Of a stretch of DNA of 64,000 bases, positions 10,664 through 20,345 are shown piece after piece. Where the stretch lies: positions 416,001 through 480,000 of the forward strand of contig CBDDCX010000006.1 in assembly GCA_965226375.1 (NCBI GenBank), given 5' to 3'. Numbering within the stretch: the stretch's first letter is position 1; each line of letters begins with the position of its first letter. This DNA is from Longimicrobiales bacterium (GTDB lineage: Bacteria > Gemmatimonadota > Gemmatimonadetes > Longimicrobiales > Gaopeijiaceae). A model generated the notes under the pieces. It did not search any database and had not been told where the DNA came from. It saw only the letters and a program-made list of their open reading frames with translations. The position numbers and the translations under genes were made by a program.

Positions 10664-11506
10664 ATGAGACGTGCTCTTTGCGTCGGCATCGACAACTATA
10701 CGGCTGGCCCCCTTCGCGGCTGCGTCAGCGACGCCGAACGATTGTGCTCTGCTCTAAGGTGTAACCAGGATGGCTCGCCAAACTTCGAGCCACGATTGCT
10801 AGTCGCTCCTGACCCAGGACCAGATGACGTCGTTACTCGCCGCGTTCTCCGCAAGCAGCTAGGACGGCTGTTCAAAGATCCGGCAGAGCTAGCGCTCCTT
10901 CACTATTCTGGCCACGGCACGGTCAACAATCTGGACGGGTACCTGGTCACGCAGGATGCTGCTAAGTTCGACGAAGGTATCGCGATGGGGGAAGTGCTCA
11001 CGCTCGCCAATGATTCGCCGGCGGATGAAGTGGTCGTCTTCGTCGATTGCTGCTACTCGGGGAGGTTCGGCAATCCGCCTGCAATCGGCAATGCAAGAGT
11101 CTTGCTGCGAGAAGGCGTCTCGATCCTGACTGCGAGCAGGGGTGATCAGCCCTCGGTCGAGACTGGGGGAGGAGGTGTGTTTACGTCGCTTGTGCTAGAT
11201 GCCCTTGAAGGAGGAGCGGCGGATATTATTGGCTCGGTGACGCTCCCAGCCATTTACGCCTACGTGGCTGCCGCCTTAGGAGCATGGGATCAACGTCCCC
11301 TATTCAAATCCCACACGTCTCGGCTACTACCGCTCAGGCGATGCACGCCGCCGATAGAGCAGAGTCTCCTGAGAGACTTGCCTCTGCTTTTTCCGCTACC
11401 TGCAGAGGATCTTCCTCTTGATCCTTCATTTGAGCCGCAATCCGCGAGACCTGATGAAGGGAATGTGGCCACCTTCGGAAAATTGCAGGCCTTGAGTAGA
11501 GGGTGA
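10664..11506 (+). CDS. Caspase-like protease (peptidase C14), type IV Thoeris-like effector; C-terminus probably truncated by IS30
   Basis: RALCVGID, LRGCVSDA, HYSGHG (catalytic His), FVDCCYSG (catalytic Cys), ILTAS and GGVFT. The stop codon lies inside the IS30-like end. Confidence 0.9.
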   Translation: MRRALCVGIDNYTAGPLRGCVSDAERLCSALRCNQDGSPNFEPRLLVAPDPGPDDVVTRRVLRKQLGRLFKDPAELALLHYSGHGTVNNLDGYLVTQDAAKFDEGIAMGEVLTLANDSPADEVVVFVDCCYSGRFGNPPAIGNARVLLREGVSILTASRGDQPSVETGGGGVFTSLVLDALEGGAADIIGSVTLPAIYAYVAAALGAWDQRPLFKSHTSRLLPLRRCTPPIEQSLLRDLPLLFPLPAEDLPLDPSFEPQSARPDEGNVATFGKLQALSRG

Positions 11507-11960
11507 ATTCAAGAGGTCGTCGCAACACCTCAGGAAAGAGGAGGAGTTGCGATGGCGGCAAGCAAGCGCCGACGGTCGGATCGAGCTTTGCGTCCGCCGA
11601 TGGGTTCACCCGGTCGTCCCCCGTTGGGGCGCCGGGAGCATCGGCAGAGGTTTTGGGAAGAAGTTGCTCGAGGGCTGTCGAGCGAGGAGTCGGCGGTGGC
11701 AGCCGGCGTGTCTCCCGCTGTTGGAGCGCGCTGGTTTCGCCAATGTGGTGGCATGCCACCTTTCAGTCTTCGTCCTCTGTCGGGGCGCTACCTATCGTTC
11801 GTCGAGCGAGAAGAGATTGCGGTTCTTCAAGCCCGCGGTTGTGGCGTACGTGAGATCGCCCGGCAGTTGCGCCGCTCATCGTCGACGATCTCGCGAGAAC
11901 TGCGGCGGAACGCAGCAACGCGAAGTGGAAACCTCGAGTATCGAGCCACGACCGCCCACT
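11502..11960 (+). mobile_element. 5' fragment of an IS30-family element
   Basis: End motif GGTGAATTCAAGAGGTCGTCGCAACAC. ORF 11552-11965 has SGRYLSFVEREEIA...REIARQLRRSSSTISRELRRN (HTH) but no DDE domain. Confidence 0.85.
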
Positions 11961-12425
11961 GTTGACCTTCTCGGAGACGCCAACTGGGAGTTGGCAGACG
12001 GTGCCGTTTCAGCAAATGAGGGCAGCGGGTTCCTCGTCTCGGAGGAGTCCTACGGTGATTTCGAACTGACGCTGGAATTCTGGGTCGATGAGCCCGCCAA
12101 CAGCGGAGTGTTCATTCGCTGTTCGGATCCCGAAAACGTTGGAGCTGCCAACTCCTATGAAATCAATATCTTCGATACGCGGGCCGACCAGACATACAGA
12201 ACCGGAGGAATCGTGAACGTGGCAGCGCCGGCTAGCGTCATCAATACCGGGGGCCAATGGAACAGTTACGAAATCACGGCCCAGGGCTCACGGCTGGTCG
12301 TCATCCTGAACGGCACCCAGACCGTCGACACGACCGACGATCAGTTTGTCAGCGGCCCGTTCGCGCTCCAATACGGGGCAGGCACGGTCCGATTCCGCAA
12401 CGTCCAGATTCGGTCGCTCGACTAA
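11961..12425 (+). pseudogene. DUF1080 (3-keto-disaccharide hydrolase-like) gene lacking its 5' end
   Basis: YGDFELTLEFWV, ANSGVFIR, GQWNSYEI and FALQYGAGTVRFRNVQIR; fused directly to the IS30 fragment. Confidence 0.85.
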
Positions 12426-12553
12426 GACCCCGACGGCAGGACGACCCCTGATACCAGGCGTTCCTCGAAGAGGCGAGGATTACGTGGTGAGGCTCTAGCC
12501 TCGCGCAGTGACAAGCCCGATCTTAAGAACTCACCATCCAAAGGATCCCGACC

Positions 12554-13072
12554 ATGACCAAGCTCACTCTCATTGCCGGCATCGCGGTGGTACTCGCCGT
12601 ACCCCTCTCGCTGTCCGCCCAGAACCCCCTCGTGCAGTCGTTGAAGAGCGTCTTCGATATCACGAAGACCAACATCATGGCGACCGCCGAAATCCTAGAC
12701 GACGAGATGTACACGTTCCGGCCGACCGACGAAGTGCGCAGCGCCGGCGAGATTCTGGCCCACATCGCCGACGGGCAGTTCTCGTTCTGCGGGATCGCAG
12801 TGGGTGAAGCCAACGCCGGTCCCGAAAACTTCGAAGAGACGCGAACCCACAAAGCGGAGATCATTGCAGCACTCAAGCAGGGCTTTGCATACTGCGAACG
12901 CATCTTCGCGCGGACCAGCGATGCGGGGGCGGCTGATGCTGCCGACTTCTTCGGGGCTCCAAACACCGTCGGCGGTATGCTCGCGTTCAACTCCGTTCAC
13001 AACTACGAGCACTACGGCAACCTGGTGACCTACATGCGGATCAATGGAATCGTGCCGCCGTCATCCAGGTAG
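12554..13072 (+). CDS. Secreted DinB-family protein
   Basis: Signal peptide, YTFRPTDEVRSAGEILAHIAD and HNYEHYGNLVTYMRINGIVPPSS. Confidence 0.9.
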   Translation: MTKLTLIAGIAVVLAVPLSLSAQNPLVQSLKSVFDITKTNIMATAEILDDEMYTFRPTDEVRSAGEILAHIADGQFSFCGIAVGEANAGPENFEETRTHKAEIIAALKQGFAYCERIFARTSDAGAADAADFFGAPNTVGGMLAFNSVHNYEHYGNLVTYMRINGIVPPSSR

Positions 13073-13158
13073 GCTCCGGCCGAAGATCCGTCAATTCTAC
13101 CCTCGTCGCCGACGCTCCCCTACGTCAGCAGCTCCAGCAGCGCCGACGACGCTGCGTC

Positions 13159-13223
13159 CGGCCGGTGCGCTGGCAGGTCATGTCCAGCCAGCGGCCGGTG
13201 CGCTGGCAGGTCATGTCCAGCCA
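13159..13223. repeat. Two tandem copies of a 32-bp sequence (33-bp period) between convergent genes
   Basis: CGGCCGGTGCGCTGGCAGGTCATGTCCAGCCA at 13159-13190 and 13192-13223. Confidence 0.9.
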
Positions 13224-13240
13224 CCGCGGACGCCGGGCGG

Positions 13241-14164
13241 TCATTCAGCCACCCACACGAACGTGCCGTCACGGTTCTCGAACGTGCCAAGACCCGGGAA
13301 AGGGAAGTGCACCGCGTAGACGCGCTGGCCGGAATCGGCGGCGGAGGCGAGCACGGCCTTCCGGCTTTCCTGCGCCAACGGAGCGTCGCCATCGAAGGCG
13401 ATGGTCCAGTCCGGTCGCTGCACCGAAATCACCGAATGGTGCATCGTGTCGCCGATATAGAGCAGTGAGGCCTCACCCGAGGTGATGAGGTAGCCAGAGT
13501 GGCCGGGCGTGTGCCCCTGGATGTCCACCGCCTTGACGGTGCCGGGCACACGATCCGCGCCGGGCTCAAACGTCGCCACTCTTGGAGTGACCGTTGTCAC
13601 CAGCGAGGCGAGTTGTGCGTTCGCCTGCATCGCTGTCCACTCATTGACCGAGATGTGTATGGCGGCGTTGGGGAATGCCAGCGCGCCGTCCGCGCCCACA
13701 AGCCCGCCGACATGATCGCCGTGGCTGTGGCTGATGAAGATGTCTGTCACTGCGCCTGGCTCTACGCCGGCGGTCGCCATCGATGCGGACAGCATTCCGG
13801 ACGGGCCGTTGCCGGTGTCGAACAGCAGCACGCGGTCGGCTGTGCGGACGATCAGTGGCTGGACACTGAGTTGAAGGACATCGGTCGCGAGGCCCGCCGC
13901 CGTCAGCAGGGCATCCACGTCGGCCTTCGACTGGTTGATGGCGAGCGTCATGTTGTCGTTGACTGGCGAGAAGGCGGCGTCTTTCATTGACGCGGCCTGG
14001 AGCGCGCCGATGGCGAAGGGCGACACGTTCTCGCCCGCGCCAAATACGGCGATGGCTGGCGCCGCGGTTTCGGCAGTTTCAGCGGGAGCGGCTTCTTCTG
14101 TCGCCGGCGAGCAGGCGGCGAGGCTCGCTGCGAGCAAAATCACGAGGGCTGTGTCGGTTCTCAT
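13241..14164 (-). CDS. MBL-fold metallo-hydrolase lipoprotein
   Basis: Lipobox LAAC, SHSHGDHVGG, GHTPGH and AVHFPFPG. Confidence 0.9.
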   Translation of the reverse strand: MRTDTALVILLAASLAACSPATEEAAPAETAETAAPAIAVFGAGENVSPFAIGALQAASMKDAAFSPVNDNMTLAINQSKADVDALLTAAGLATDVLQLSVQPLIVRTADRVLLFDTGNGPSGMLSASMATAGVEPGAVTDIFISHSHGDHVGGLVGADGALAFPNAAIHISVNEWTAMQANAQLASLVTTVTPRVATFEPGADRVPGTVKAVDIQGHTPGHSGYLITSGEASLLYIGDTMHHSVISVQRPDWTIAFDGDAPLAQESRKAVLASAADSGQRVYAVHFPFPGLGTFENRDGTFVWVAE

Positions 14165-14777
14165 GGCTGCGGTCTCTTGCGCAAGGCGCATGATGCGCGT
14201 GGTGGAATCTGGATGGCGACCGTTAGGTCGGGTAACCGTCCCATAGGTCGTGTCACCAAAGAGCCATCTAACGACCTAACGATTCTTCTGGCGCTCAATC
14301 GCCTAGCGACCTTCTAGGGCTGCGTTCAGGCGAGCGATGGGATCGGACAAGGACGCACTCCAGGATCAGGTTGCAGTCAACATCCGAAAGTGGGGCGGTA
14401 GGCGCAAGCAAGCGTCCAGCATCGCGTTCTAAGCGTCTTCGGGGTTTATTCGGTATCCGGGGGGTAGGCTGGAGCGCCCTCGTGGCTTAGAGGGGCGTTA
14501 TGCGGTGCTCATCTGCGAGCCAAGATCAATTCTGGAGCTAGGAGTCAGTTCTTGGCTAAGATCGGATGCCGGACGATGCGGCGGCGTTCAGCAATCCCGA
14601 GGACCGTAGAATCCTGTGATCGATCCGCCTTCGCTCAGGAAGCCAGCCCCGCGGCACCGCCCACCCAAGCACTACGTTGAACCCACATGATTGGGTTTCT
14701 CCGATTGCCGTTACCTACGTCTCGCTCTACCCTGACCACACCGCGGCGCACCCACACGACTCCGATGAGAGGTCAGT

Positions 14778-15060
14778 ATGAGTACGAGAGTCCCCTTGGG
14801 GGTCAGGCCGAGTCCTTCTTTGATGACCAGACGCGACGTCCTCCGTGCGTTCGGAGCGATAGGCGGTTCATCCCTGATGATGGGAGCCATGAGCGCCTGT
14901 GGCCTGATGGGCACCTCGGCCACCCGCCCCGTGTTGCAGGGCAGGCCGCCTGGTACCCGGGTGATCGTACTGGGCGCCGGCATCTCAGGACTCACGGTGG
15001 GATACGAGCTGGGGAAGCTGGACTATGACTATCACATCCTGGAAGCCCGCGATTGGGTCG
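14778..15060 (+). pseudogene. N-terminal fragment of a flavin amine oxidase/L-amino-acid oxidase
   Basis: Tat-like TRRDVL leader, VIVLGAGISGL and ILEARDWV; breaks at TGGGTCG into IS3 DNA. Confidence 0.8.
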
Positions 15061-16833
15061 TGCGTGGCTGCCCGAGCACCCGGCACGCTCTCCTCTCCGA
15101 CGCCCCGAGCTGCTGACGTACACGCACCACACAACGTCGTCGGCGCTCGGGGCTCAGAAGTTTCCCTTGGCCGCTTCCTCCAGGATCAGCTTGTCCAGTG
15201 TCAAGTCCGCCACTGCTCGCTTCAGGCGCCCGTTCTCGCCCTCGAGCTCCTTCAGGCGCCGTGCCTGGCTCACCTTCATCCCGCCGTACTCCCGCCTCGC
15301 CGGTCAAGTCCCGAGTTGTGTGTAAAAGTGAGAGGAAGCTCCTCGATGCTTCTGTTAGGCTGCCTTGGCGACCTCCTTCGGTTCGAGAAGCGTGAGATCC
15401 AGGTAGCGACGTTCGCTCCAGGCCGCAGTAGTCCTTAGAGCAACCGCAGTGATGAGGCGGAGCGCGCTGGCTCGGTCGGGGAAGGCGCCGGCGCTCCGGA
15501 TCCGACGCTTGATCTCGGTGTGCAGGCGCTCGAGGCTGTTCGTGGTGCGCAGTGGGGCCCAGTGGCGGCTCGGGGAACGCGTAGAACTGGGTGGCGGCCG
15601 TGAAGCCCCGCTCAAGCACGTTGACTGCCTCGGGGAGCTCCTTGAGCCAGCGCGCCGTGATCTCGGCCAGGCGCTTCTTCGACTCAGCGAGCCCGGGGGC
15701 CCGGAAGACGGCGGCAACCTCGCGCGCCACACGCTTGCGCAGGCGATGCGGGACCTTGGCCAGCACGTTGCGTTGCAGGTGGACAGTACAGCGCTGGCAG
15801 CGCACCTCGGGCAGGAAGCGGCGCACCGCGGCTGCCAGGCCCGCGTGCTCATCCGCGATCACGAGCTGGACGCCGCTGAGACCACGCTCCAGGAGTTGCT
15901 CAGGAGCTCCGACCAGCTGTTCTCCGATTCCTCAGGGCCCAGCGTGATGCCCAGGAGCCGGCGGTGGCCGTCCGGGCCCACGGCGTAGGCCACGAGCGCG
16001 CTCACGTTCTCGACCTTTCGGGCCCAGCGGGCATCGAGGAACGTCGCGTCCAGGTACAGGTAGGGGTGGGCCCCCTCGATGGGTGCAGTCCGCAGCGTTT
16101 GCACGCCCTCGTCGAGCCGCTTCGCGACCCGGCTCACCGTCGAGCGTCCCACGCGCTCACCCTTGAGTGCCTCGGTCACGTCGCCCGTTCTTGCGCTGCG
16201 ACGCCCTCACGTAGGCCTCCACCATCATCGCATCGACTTCTTCACTCCTGCGCTGGTGACCCATCACGTCGGCGGGCGAGCCGCCTTCCCGGCTGCGCGG
16301 GACCGTCACGTCGATCTGACCCAGGCTCGTAAGCAGGCGCCTCAGTACGTCCCGTTCCTGTGGCCCTTCCGGCTGCCGACCCGCCATCGTCGCGCTCCGG
16401 TACCATCGCCTTCAACTCCTCCTCCAACACCATCTCGAGCGTTCCGTGATCGCGCCCTGAAACAGCGCTTCAAATCCTGACCGGCTCAACTTCGATCCAT
16501 GAGGAAGCTCCTTGTTCCGGTTCCGACCTGCTCACGCAGGCCGTCCCGGGTTCATGTGATGATGAACAATTCACGGACCCTCCTCGGACGCCCTCACCCC
16601 CTTTTACACAATTGCCGCCTCCACCGGTAGTACGTCTGCTCGGTGATGCCGAGCTCCCGGCTGATCAGCTTCACGGATTTGCCGCGGGCCAGACCGACCC
16701 CTGCCTCCCGCAGTGCAGTGATGATCTGCTCCGGAGTGTGTCGCTTCCTTCCCATCCTGACCTCCTCGCTGAAAAGCTTCAGACCAGGTCGATCCTAACA
16801 TTGCACCTGGTCTCGTTTCAGGGGGTCAGGTCT
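15054..16833 (-). mobile_element. 5' half of the same IS3-family element (left IR, OrfA, start of OrfB), interrupted by IS256
   Basis: OrfA HTPEQII...EQTYYRWRR|EYGGMKV; OrfB start SERRACRVLGQPRTTQ. Left IR GACCTGACCCCC...ACCA...ATGTTAG matches the right IR at 8740. Confidence 0.85.
15299..16614 (-). mobile_element. IS256-family element with a multiply frameshifted transposase
   Basis: YLYLDA, QRCTVHLQRN and LRTTNSLERLHTEIKRR motifs; TGTGTAAAAG/CTTTTACACA inverted repeats; CCGCCTC direct repeat at 15292-15298 and 16615-16621. Confidence 0.9.
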
Positions 16834-17085
16834 CTTTGCTAAGCCCCCGAGAGTCGAGCCAGCCTGACTCCAGGGTCGCAGAGAGCTCCAGCTGGGTCGC
16901 AGCCGCATTGAGTTCCATGTTGGAGGCCACCCACATCTGGTAGGAAGAGCTGCGGATCGTGGCGTTGTTTTGGTTGATCTGGACAGCGACAAGAATCAAT
17001 CCAGCGAAGACGGCCACGTTCGCCCCGATCGATACCCAGTCCCTTTGTTTGATTTCAACGACAATGGGACACTCTACGGGATTAA

Positions 17086-18093
17086 TTAGAGAGCAATGTC
17101 CTGTGTGGTGAGGGAAGGGATGGGAGGATTGATGAAGACGGCCTCCGGGAGCGGTTTGGGCTTCGGCACACCTCTGACGAAGCGTTCGGGATGAGCGGCC
17201 CATGCTTCGCGGAGCACGGATTTCCTGCCGGCAATGACCTGATCGGCGTTCCCGAAGTGGACCTGCTCGGGGGTTAGCATCGAGATGCCGCCATGGCGGT
17301 GCTCGGCATTGTACCAGCGGAAGAACGATCGACAGAACGTCTTGGCTTGGCCCTGATCCCCGAACCGTCCGGGAAACGAGGGATGGTACTTCAAGGTTTT
17401 GAACTGAGCCTCGGAAAACGGGTTGTCATCCGACACCTGAGGCCGGCTCAACGAGCGGGTCACGCCGAGGTCAGCGAGAAGTTGAGCGGTGCATTGGCTC
17501 GTCATTGGAGTTCCCCGATCCGAGTGCAGGGTCAGGACCCGGGGCTGGACGCCATGCTTCAGGCAGCTCTGCTGGATCAACCGGCCGGCCAGGGCCGAGT
17601 TCTCCCGGTCCGCCACCATCCAGCCCACGACGTAGCGGCTGTAGATGTCCATGATGACGTAGAGGTAGTAATAGCTCCACTTCTTCGGCCCGAGCAGCCG
17701 CGTGATATCCCAGGACCACACCTGGTTCGGCGCCGTGGCCATCAACTCGGGCTTCTTGTACTCGGGATGGGTGCGCTGCGCCCGGCGTTCCTGAACCGGC
17801 ACCTCGGAGGCCAGAACACGATACATCGTGCGTTCGCTGCACAGGTAGACCTCTTCGTCGAGCAGCGTGGCCACCACCTCGGCGGGTGAGCGGTCCACGA
17901 ACCGCTCCGAACACAGCGTGTCGAAGACCTCGCCTCGTTCCGTCTCGCTCAATGCCCGGGCGGGCGTCGGGCGGGGCTGCTGTTGCCCGGTTGATGGGCC
18001 TCGACGACGGTACAACGTCGATCGGGAGACCTCGAGGGCCGCGCACGCCGGTTTTACACCGACGTGCTTAGCCAGCTCATCGGCCGCCTTCAA
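17086..18093 (-). CDS. IS3-family transposase OrfB (DDE integrase core)
   Basis: VWSWDIT, LHSDRG and DDNPFSEAQFKTLKY. Confidence 0.95.
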   Translation of the reverse strand: MKAADELAKHVGVKPACAALEVSRSTLYRRRGPSTGQQQPRPTPARALSETERGEVFDTLCSERFVDRSPAEVVATLLDEEVYLCSERTMYRVLASEVPVQERRAQRTHPEYKKPELMATAPNQVWSWDITRLLGPKKWSYYYLYVIMDIYSRYVVGWMVADRENSALAGRLIQQSCLKHGVQPRVLTLHSDRGTPMTSQCTAQLLADLGVTRSLSRPQVSDDNPFSEAQFKTLKYHPSFPGRFGDQGQAKTFCRSFFRWYNAEHRHGGISMLTPEQVHFGNADQVIAGRKSVLREAWAAHPERFVRGVPKPKPLPEAVFINPPIPSLTTQDIAL

Positions 18094-18539
18094 GAGTTTG
18101 TCCCGTCGTCGAGGCTTATCCCCAGCAGCCCCGCAACTTTTCCCTGCACGTCGATGATCAGGTGTGCCTTCCTGAGCTCATTCTCGAGCCGTGCGTTTCG
18201 CCGCTCCAGCTTGCGTACCTTCTCATCCAGCGGATTTCGCTCCGGCTTGCGGCCGCGTTTCTTCGACAGGGCCTTCAGCGACCCGCTATGCGCCGCCTTG
18301 CGCCACGTCGTCAGGTGCGACGAGTACAGGCCCTCTCGCCGCAGGACTTGACCCACCTCGCCGGGCTCGGTGCACCGGTCCGCTTCTTCGACGATCCGCA
18401 GCTTGTACGACGGACTGAACCGCCGCCGTAGCGGCCTATCTACTACCTCCGGGTCCGCAGGAGCTGCCGCGCTTCGCTTGGCCTCCCCGGTTCCAGGGGC
18501 ACTACCATTCTCTGCCATTCTCTCTCGCAGTCCCAACAT
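18090..18539 (-). CDS. IS3-family transposase OrfA
   Basis: RRRFSPSYKLRIV, LRREGLYSSHLTTWR and a coiled-coil; TTGA overlap with orfB. Confidence 0.9.
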   Translation of the reverse strand: MLGLRERMAENGSAPGTGEAKRSAAAPADPEVVDRPLRRRFSPSYKLRIVEEADRCTEPGEVGQVLRREGLYSSHLTTWRKAAHSGSLKALSKKRGRKPERNPLDEKVRKLERRNARLENELRKAHLIIDVQGKVAGLLGISLDDGTNS

Positions 18540-18756
18540 GTTCGTTTTCTCTGCCTTCGCCCTACTCTAATTCCTTGCGTGCTCCGTGTCTCACGTACGT
18601 TGGCAGAGAGGGATAGAAGTCATGATCCCCCCGTGTGCGGCCTCCGTGTTCCGATCCTGTTGTGTTTTGGCAATGACAACAATGCCTCGACCATGCGCGA
18701 ATCGCGAGGTCGAATGATTGGGCAGGTGGACGCTCTGGCCGCCCAGTTGCAGTGCT

Positions 18757-18787
18757 TGCAATACTTTGCGCTGCAAAGTACATTGCA
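18757..18787. promoter_or_regulatory. Palindromic operator-like site between divergent genes
   Basis: TACTTTGC-gct-GCAAAGTA (18762-18780) flanked by TGCAA/TTGCA in an AT-rich intergenic patch. Confidence 0.4.
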
Positions 18788-18858
18788 CATAACCCTATCA
18801 ACCAGATTGTCAGGCCTAACGAAGCATGACACTCGTGTCTTCTCCGGGGGAGCCGGTC

Positions 18859-20199
18859 ATGACTAGAGGCATAATCGCCGGCGGGGCGTTCGCCGCCATG
18901 CTAATCCTTCTCGCCCTCGGCGCCGTCCACCGGGCCCTCGAACAGGACCTCGACCCCGCGGCGGCCAGGTCGCCCGCAATGACCCCCTCGACCGCGGCGA
19001 CGCACGAAGGGCTCCTCTACGGCCGCATCACCACCGATGACGGCGCAATCTACGAGGGGCGGCTGCGCTGGGGAGGTGACGAGGAGGCGTTGTGGAGCAA
19101 CTACTTCAACGGCTTCAAGGACGTGAACCCCTGGGTCGCCCACGCACCGGTCGAGCGGCTGCCGAAGGAGCGTTTCTCGATCGAGATCTTCGGGATCGAG
19201 ATCGTCGGCTGGGACCACCAGTTCGACCTCGGCCGGCCGTTCATGGTACGCTTCGGCGACATCGCGCGCATCGAGCCGCGCGGCCGCGACATTCGGGTGA
19301 CCCTCAAGAGCGGTACCGTGTTCGACCTCGACCGCTTCTCCGCCGACGACGTAGCCGACGGCGTGCGAGTATGGGACGCCAAGCGCGGCGTCGTGGACCT
19401 CGGGGAGTGGCGGATCCGCTCCATCGAGTTCCTCCCCACCGCCCGGCTTGGCGCCGCCCCCTACCCCCTGCACGGTACGGTGCACACGCGTCAGGGCGAC
19501 TTCACCGGCCTGGTACAGTGGGACCGGGAGGCGGCCGTCGGCCCCGACGAACTCAACGGCCACACCGCCGACGGTGAGCTCAGCCTGCGTTTCGACGCCA
19601 TCCGCTCCATCGCGCACCGCTCGCGCAACAGCTCCTTGGTGACGCTGCTCGACGGCCGCGAGATCGTGCTCTCCGGCACCCGCGAGGTCGGCCAGGGCAA
19701 CCGAGGGATCTACGTCGACGATCAGCGCTACGGACGGGTGCTGATCTCCTGGGACGCCTTTGAGCGCATCGACTTCAGCCCAGGCGGCACCGGCCCCGCC
19801 TACGGCGATTTCCCGCCGGGCCACCCCCTCACGGGAAAGGTCATCACGCGGTCCGGCCGCCGCCTCGCCGGCCGACTGGTCTGCGACCTCGACGAGAGCG
19901 AGACCACCGAGACGCTCGATGCGCCATCCCAGGGCGTAGACTACACCATCCCCTTCGGCCTCATCGCCTCGATCGCGCGCCCGGGCCTCGAAGCGCGCGG
20001 CGCCCAGCGCGCCAGGGTGACCCTCCATAGCGGCGAGGAGCTACAGCTCGAGCGTGCCGGCGACCTAGGCGAGCAGAATGCCGGCATGCTGATCTTCTTC
20101 GACGGCCGTCAGCGCCCCGAGTACGTGCCCTGGACCGACATCGAGCGGGTCGACTTCGACCGCCCACCGGAGATGTACCGGCCGAGCGGCCCTCGGTGA
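18859..20199 (+). CDS. Membrane-anchored/secreted hypothetical protein with three internal beta-rich repeats
   Basis: N-terminal hydrophobic helix; three copies of LxGxxxTxxGxxxxGxxxxD. Confidence 0.8.
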   Translation: MTRGIIAGGAFAAMLILLALGAVHRALEQDLDPAAARSPAMTPSTAATHEGLLYGRITTDDGAIYEGRLRWGGDEEALWSNYFNGFKDVNPWVAHAPVERLPKERFSIEIFGIEIVGWDHQFDLGRPFMVRFGDIARIEPRGRDIRVTLKSGTVFDLDRFSADDVADGVRVWDAKRGVVDLGEWRIRSIEFLPTARLGAAPYPLHGTVHTRQGDFTGLVQWDREAAVGPDELNGHTADGELSLRFDAIRSIAHRSRNSSLVTLLDGREIVLSGTREVGQGNRGIYVDDQRYGRVLISWDAFERIDFSPGGTGPAYGDFPPGHPLTGKVITRSGRRLAGRLVCDLDESETTETLDAPSQGVDYTIPFGLIASIARPGLEARGAQRARVTLHSGEELQLERAGDLGEQNAGMLIFFDGRQRPEYVPWTDIERVDFDRPPEMYRPSGPR

Positions 20200-20345
20200 G
20201 CGGTGTCGCGCTTCGGCGGCCCGGGTCTTACGATGACCAACGGCTCGGCCGCTTCGCGGAATCTCTGGTGGCTCCGCCACCTCTGTGTCGTGAGTCAGCC
20301 CGTCAGACGACATGACTAACACCTCACCTGGAGGTATTCCGCACC

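Larger units (their letters stand above)
17055..18611 (-). mobile_element. IS3-family element, copy 1 (right end damaged)
   Basis: Near-identical to 62214-63778; orfA and orfB intact. Confidence 0.92.
16834..18623 (-). pseudogene. Small membrane-anchored hypothetical gene, split after codon 4 by IS3 copy 1 and truncated at 16834
   Basis: Removing the IS gives MTSIKQRDWVSIGANVAVFAGLILVAVQINQNN, with a GGGGGA RBS-like site upstream of the ATG at 18623. Confidence 0.7.

Noticed and set aside
13159..13223. 32-bp direct repeat as a CRISPR array
   Set aside because: Only two copies separated by 1 bp, no spacer, and no cas genes in the window.
14221..14330. GTTAGG/CCTAAC/TCTAAC motifs as an integron attC site
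   Set aside because: The arms are in the wrong order for RYYYAAC...GTTRRRY, and there is no cassette array or integron integrase.
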